Assembly (NCBI GenBank): GCA_000388065.2
Contig: KB932201.1
Reading direction: 5' to 3' (one strand)
Length of the DNA: 64,000 bases
From: Fonticula alba ATCC 38817
Lineage: Eukaryota > Protista > Nucleariida
The notes under the pieces were generated by a model. That model was given only the letters and a program-made list of their open reading frames with translations. It searched no databases and was not told where the DNA came from. This document shows, piece by piece, positions 58,135-64,000 of the stretch. Every line of letters starts with the position of its first letter. Within the stretch, counting starts at the first letter, position 1. Made by a program: the position numbers and the translations under genes.

Positions 58135-61100
58135 GGTGAAGATGGATGTGCAGGAAGGGGGGGGGGGGGCAAAGGAGACAGCAGATATACAATCAAGCCG
58201 TGAAAAAAGGTCGGGTGCTGCCCATCCCCGGCCGGGAATGGGGTCCCGGCAACGGAGCCTCTTGAGCCATCGCCCGGGGATCCAAGGACAGCCGCCCCTC
58301 TGGCCCCTCCCCCCCCCCCCCCCCCCCCCCCCCACACCACCCCCCCCCCCACACACCCCACACCCCACCCCCCCTCCCCCCCGGGGACCTGGCCCGGGAA
58401 GGAGGAAGCCCGGCCGCCGAAGCGCAAAAAGCGCACTGTCGACGGGACTGCGCGTGCGGTGCCTCCCTCCCCCTCCGCCCAACCGGGTGTCCCCTGGGCG
58501 AAATGGCGGTGTCCCAGAGTGACGGGTAGGGCCCGGGAACCAGGGCGCAAGCCGTGGATCGGGGCCGGGATGGGCCTCCGAAAGGACAGCTCGTTCAATT
58601 TGAAAGAGCGATAATCGGGCCCGAGGCCCAGGTCTGGCCTCCTCCAGCCGGGGCAGACGTCCCTTGGCTTTCCCCGAAGCAGGCGCCGGTGTGCATGCAC
58701 ACGGGCAAACACGCGAGCGCAAGGCCAAACTAACGGAATAAGTCATCCCGGTCAGACCAGCGAGCGGTCGATGTGCCACCTGGGGAAGGAAAAAAAAGGA
58801 CAAATGTCACCAGATGCCCGAGCCGGGCAGGTTCGGCCGTCGCGCCTCCCTGGGGACGCGGAGGGGAGGCAGGCGGATCGCCTGGCCTGGCTTGCGGCCT
58901 GGCCAGGCACGGAGCCCGGTGGCCTGACTGGTTTCGCCTGGCTGGAGTATGTGTCTCCCGCATGCGGGCCCAGCCTGTGCAGGCATGGGCGGACCGACGC
59001 GCATGCCGCGCGCTGAGCGCCGAGCACCGAGCGCCAACAACTGCGCCACGACCGAAGCAGAGGGGCGGCCTCAAGGGACAACACCCCTGGAGTCTAGTTC
59101 CGTCCTCTCCTTCGGGGCGGGCGGGGGAAAAAATAACACACATGAAAAGCCGGACCTTTTCACGCCTCTCACCCTTTCGGGGTTCGGGACACCAGCAGGC
59201 GTATGATGCTGCGAGCCGGCCCCCCAAACGGCTCTCCCCCTGGCCCGTCGACTCGAGGGTGGCATGAAAAGGCCCCGAACAGGCGGGGCAGCAGGGGACC
59301 GCCGGCACCGCAGTCGGGTGAGGAGGAAAAAGGACCGGTGTTCTGATTTTGTAGCTCTACTCTCGTAACAACATTGGGGATGGGCGTGATGCTTCTTGCG
59401 CATGTATTAACTGGAATGTAACCCGCCTCTTGACAACGGTGCCCGTCTGGGGCGTGTGGGCCCGCTCGAGTGCGGGCATCCAGACGCCAGTGACCTGGGG
59501 AGTCGATTGGCGGCGCCGGCGGCCTGTTAGTCGTCCCCAGAATCTGAGTGACTCGGAACGTGCCCAAGGGGGGTGGGGGCGGGGGGGAGGGGGGGGGGGG
59601 CCGCGCGAAACATTGGGGGAACAAGGCCAACAAGGCTGGGGGCTCCGTGAGGGAGGTGGCAGCCGGCTGGTAATTCTCCCTGCGGGCATCTGGTGCTGAG
59701 GTGAGGTCGCGGGAAGTGGCCGCAAGCCTGGGGTGGGCGTGCGGTCGAGGGGGTGATCGACCGGGGCGGGGGGGGGGCGGTCGCCCCAAACAATATCCCG
59801 CCCCGGCTGGGGAGCGGGGCAGACCCCGACGGAAGAGTGTTTACTGCCGTTTGGGACGCGATAGCACACCCAGAGAGGCATGGATCGTGGGCAATCAGAC
59901 CCTTGGGGGGGGGAGGACCCCATATGTAATCCGCCCTGCCGCCCCCCCTCCCCCCGCCCGGGGGGCGCCCACTTGCTTGTTGTCTGTTGTTCGGAAGCCC
60001 GGACGTGTGGGCCCGGGCACCGCACTCGCGCGAGGGACGCATCCACCAGAGGCGTACGAACATCATTAATGCAGCTCGGGGGAGCATGGCCACCCTCGGT
60101 GGGGTGCCAGTGTGAAAACGCCCCGCGGATCGCGAGGGGCGATCACTCGAGCGTCGATGCTTGGCAAGAAGAGGGCGACGGCTTCCTGTGCCCCGGCGCC
60201 AGGGCGCGGACAGCTGGTGGGCCTGGGAGCTCCTGCGAGTAGGGGGCAACCGACCGGACCGGCGGGAGAGCCGGAGCGAGAAGGAGCGAGGGAGAAAGGG
60301 CGGGGAGGGAGAGAATGCGCCCTGCCGCCTGAGTGGCGGCGGAACACGATCAAGTCCGCGCCCCCGCCTCCCCCCCCCCCCCGGGCGGGAGGGCGGTGTA
60401 GGCAGGGGGCCAGCCTGGACCGCCCCCAACCCCGCTCGGCCTGGCGCCGGGGCGGAAAAGTTCGCGCCTTCGCAGGCACATCCTCCCAACAGCGCGTGGC
60501 GGAACGACGCTAGTGATCGGCGCAGCTTGCAGGGGGAAGGGGCGGGGGATTGTGGAGGCCGCCTGCTGTCTGCCGCGGGCGGCCCTCTCACTGGGGCGCA
60601 TGGGCCAGCGCCAGTCTTCTTCGTGCGACCCGCCGGGGCTTCGAGCGCCGCGGCCAGTGTCCGGTTCATGTCGTCCCCTCGCGCTCCCGGGGCCCGGGGG
60701 GGGGGGGGGGGGGCCGCCGCTGGGGCGGCGGGTTCCCGACCCCGCGCGCGCGCGCGCCCCACAACACATGTGTCCAGGGAGCCCGGGGAAACTGAACCCA
60801 GGACGCGCCCAATCGCCGGACGAACTTCCCCGGCCGGCAGGGAGCAGGGACCGGCCGGTGCAAGGGTGGAAATATATCTCGGCCAAAATGTGCGACCAAA
60901 GAGACAACACACCCGCGGGGCTGGCTATGCCCGAGGGGAGCGGGGCCGGCGGGGGGGNNNNNNNNNNNNNNNNNNNNNNNNNNNNNNNNNNNNNNNNNNN
61001 NNNNNNNNNNNNNNNNNNNNNNNNNNNNNNNNNNNNNNNNNNNNNNNNNNNNNNNNNNNNNNNNNNNNNNNNNNNNNNNNNNNNNNNNNNNNNNNNNNNN

Positions 61101-62278
61101 NNNNNNNNNNNNNNNNNNNNNNNNNNNNNNNNNNNNNNNNNNNNNNNNNNNNNNNNNNNNNNNNNNNNNNNNNNNNNNNNNNNNNNNNNNNNNNNNNNNN
61201 NNNNNNNNNNNNNNNNNNNNNNNNNNNNNNNNNNNNNNNNNNNNNNNNNNNNNNNNNNNNNNNNNNNNNNNNNNNNNNNNNNNNNNNNNNNNNNNNNNNN
61301 NNNNNNNNNNNNNNNNNNNNNNNNNNNNNNNNNNNNNNNNNNNNNNNNNNNNNNNNNNNNNNNNNNNNNNNNNNNNNNNNNNNNNNNNNNNNNNNNNNNN
61401 NNNNNNNNNNNNGGGGGGGGGGGACAGGGACAGGGGAGGGAGTTTGCCACCGGTCCCGATCTCGGCGAGGACACTCCTGCGGTGTGGCGTCGTTGTCGTG
61501 GTGGCCGCCGTTGTTGCGGCCGCGCGCCCCAGAGCGGCGGGCACCTCCCACCCCACTGTGCTCGGCTGGCTCGCGAAAGAGGGGGAGCAGGGCTCGGGCC
61601 GCCCCATATATAATTTCCACCTCGGACATGCTTCCCCCGCCGGCACACCCCTCTCATGCCCACGTCGCTCGGACCGGCGCGACTGCCCGCGCACCATCCA
61701 TGCCCCTCTGCCGCTGTTGCTGGCCGGCTGGAGACGAGTGGGAGGTGGCGGGGGGGGGGGGCGGAGGGGGAGCGCATCGGCCCCGCCTTGTCCGGTGGTG
61801 CCGCCGTGTTCCCCCGGGTCCAGGGTGTTCTCCCCACGAAAGGCGCCCCCTGCTGGTGGTGGCTTAGGGCAGCGGCCACGGGCACCTGTTTCCCGTTGGG
61901 TGTGCGGGGCCGGGAGAAGCGGACTTTGGAGAGCTCGAGCGAGGCCCGGGAGCCAGTCAACGCAGAAGCTCTCCTTGCGGGAGAAGACCCCCCCCCCGGC
62001 CGGGCGGCAACCTCACTTTTGCCGGCGGCAACTGGCGGCCGAGCAGTGTCCCGGTCGCCGGGGAGGGTCGGTTCCGGGCTACCGGCGGCCTGTTCCACCT
62101 CTCAGTCCCCGCTTTCCCGTGTTCCTCGTCGTCCATCACGGCCCACGCTCCCTTTGCTCAGCCATGTCCGGGCGCGCGTGCTGCGTCTGGCTCGGCGCCC
62201 AAAAGCACCGCCGGCAGCCCATTCAAATGCGAAAGGGGACGATCATGCCCATCGTGGTTCATCCCTCCCGGGCGGTGT

Positions 62279-63374
62279 CCGGGCAGGCGGAAATGGCCCA
62301 GCAGACCTTCTCTGCGGCCTGCTGGTGTCCTCCCCCGCCCCCGCCTGGCCAGGTGTCCACCCCCCCCCCCCCCCTTCCCCCTTCCCGGCCGGGTGGGGTG
62401 GGGCCCGGGCTGGGGCGGGGGTCCGTCTGCTCCGGTCCAAGTGGGGGCACGAGCACCCCCCCGCCCCCCCCCCCTTGCGGCAAAGGATGCCCGTGGCTCG
62501 CCGACATCCCGGATGAGCCCCCGGCCCCTCTCGCCAGCCGAGGGGCGTCAGCAACAGGAGGAGACGACGAGGGCGTGTGGAGGGAGGAGCGAGGAGCGTG
62601 CCTTGCCCTGCCTGCTCTTTCCGGCCTTCTCGCCCTTTTCGCCCTGCCCGCGCCCTGCCCGCCCCTTCCGCCCCTTCCCTCGAGCCTCTTTATGCGGCAT
62701 CGCACCACCCGCCGCCCGGTAGTCCGCCCTCAAGACCTCCTTTGCCTCTGCTCCCCCCCCCCTTCCCCCTCTGCTTTCTGCCACCCGTCTCTGTCTGCCA
62801 CCGCTGAGCCCGGTGTCCCGCATCCACTCTTCCCCCCTCCCCAGCGCGAGAAAGACCCCGCTCCGCCCGTGCGTCATCCAGTCGGCCGTCCGTCCGCCTG
62901 TCCAGCTCACTGCTTCTTCTCACACTTCCACATCACCCGCCTGCTCGGACCTCTCCGCCCACCTGGTGGCTCCCCCCCCCNNNNNNNNNNNNNNNNNNNN
63001 NNNNNNNNNNNNNNNNNNNNNNNNNNNNNNNNNNNNNNNNNNNNNNNNNNNNNNNNNNNNNNNNNNNNNNNNNNNNNNNNNNNNNNNNNNNNNNNNNNNN
63101 NNNNNNNNNNNNNNNNNNNNNNNNNNNNNNNNNNNNNNNNNNNNNNNNNNNNNNNNNNNNNNNNNNNNNNNNNNNNNNNNNNNNNNNNNNNNNNNNNNNN
63201 NNNNNNNNNNNNNNNNNNNNNNNNNNNNNNNNNNNNNNNNNNNNNNNNNNNNNNNNNNNNNNNNNNNNNNNNNNNNNNNNNNNNNNNNNNNCCGGGCAGG
63301 CGGAAATGGCCCAGCAGACCTTCTCGGCGGCCTGCTGGTGTCCTCCCCCGCCCCCGCCTGGCCAGGTGTCCACC
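62279..63374 (+). repeat. 83-nt direct repeat (62279-62361 and 63292-63374, 1 mismatch) in a gapped region
   Basis: ccgggcaggcggaaatggcccagcagacc...gccaggtgtccacc occurs twice. A second repeat, G-run + gacagggacaggggaggg, occurs at 61413-61440 and 63972-64000. Confidence 0.85.
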
Positions 63375-64000
63375 GGGACCGGTCGACACAACACTCGTTG
63401 GCGATTGCCGAGCTGGGGGCCGGCGGGGCCGCGGCGAGGGAAAGACTCGAGGCCGAACATAGCACGATATGATCGACCCGGGCGACGGCTTTTCATCTTC
63501 CACCAATATAGGCCTTTTATTTTTAGCTGTCTTTGGCTGTTCTACGTCTGGTTCCTCCATCCGCGAGAGCCCCTCTTTTTTTGGGGGGGGGGGGGGGGAC
63601 ACAGCTGTGCGTTTGGCCTGGCTACCCCCTGGCGACAATTGCCCTCTCCCCCTCCCTCTCCCCCCCCTCTTAACGATATGTATCAGGAAAACAAACAAAG
63701 TAGAAAATAAACAACAAAAAAACCCCCCCCCCCCCCCCAGGCCCCTCCCTTCCTAAAATGGTGGCGGGCCGGGAGGGCGGGCCACGAGCCGGGGCAAGGT
63801 CGGCCACTGGACGGGGCAGGGTGCCCCCTTGGTGGAGTGGTCCGGCGGCTTCCACCACACCCGTCCAGGAAGCGGGGCAGCTCACCACCCCCATCCATCG
63901 CCCTCTGATGCTCCTTGCCCATTTTTTTCCAGGCTGCCTGCCCCTCTGAAAAGCCGGCGTCAGCCCGGGGAGGGGGGGGGGGGACAGGGACAGGGGAGGG

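Noticed and set aside
54301-63698. Long ORFs spanning N gaps
   Set aside because: Their length is an artefact of untranslatable N runs; the flanking translations are low-complexity.

Overview
GC-rich, intron-rich eukaryotic genomic DNA from a draft assembly with N gaps. Introns are mostly GTGCGT/GTACGT...CTAAC/CTGAC...YAG and are filled with CT/CA/GT microsatellites and G/C homopolymers. The style suggests an opisthokont protist such as Fonticula, but that is an inference. I could build 15 spliced protein-gene models by hand: mitoribosomal uL30m, bL35m and uL24m, cytosolic RPS26, ATP11, SMC3, SEC23, a DeSI/PPPDE peptidase, a bZIP factor, medium-chain acyl-CoA dehydrogenase, an RNI-like LRR protein, a tandem-DEP protein, a membrane-anchored ADAMTS-type metalloprotease, a protein made of about 13 tandem HTH repeats, and a ~2000-aa PH-PH-ARM-PB1-WH2-WH2-C-A protein. 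There is also a tRNA-Leu(AAG) and an intronic C/D snoRNA in RPS26. The strongest novelty candidates are the PH/ARM/PB1/WCA putative Arp2/3 activator, the tandem transposase-like HTH array next to the tRNA, and the ADAMTS-type protease with a TM anchor. Domain calls come from motif recognition only; no searches were run. The last ~6 kb is gapped, repetitive and has no gene I can support.
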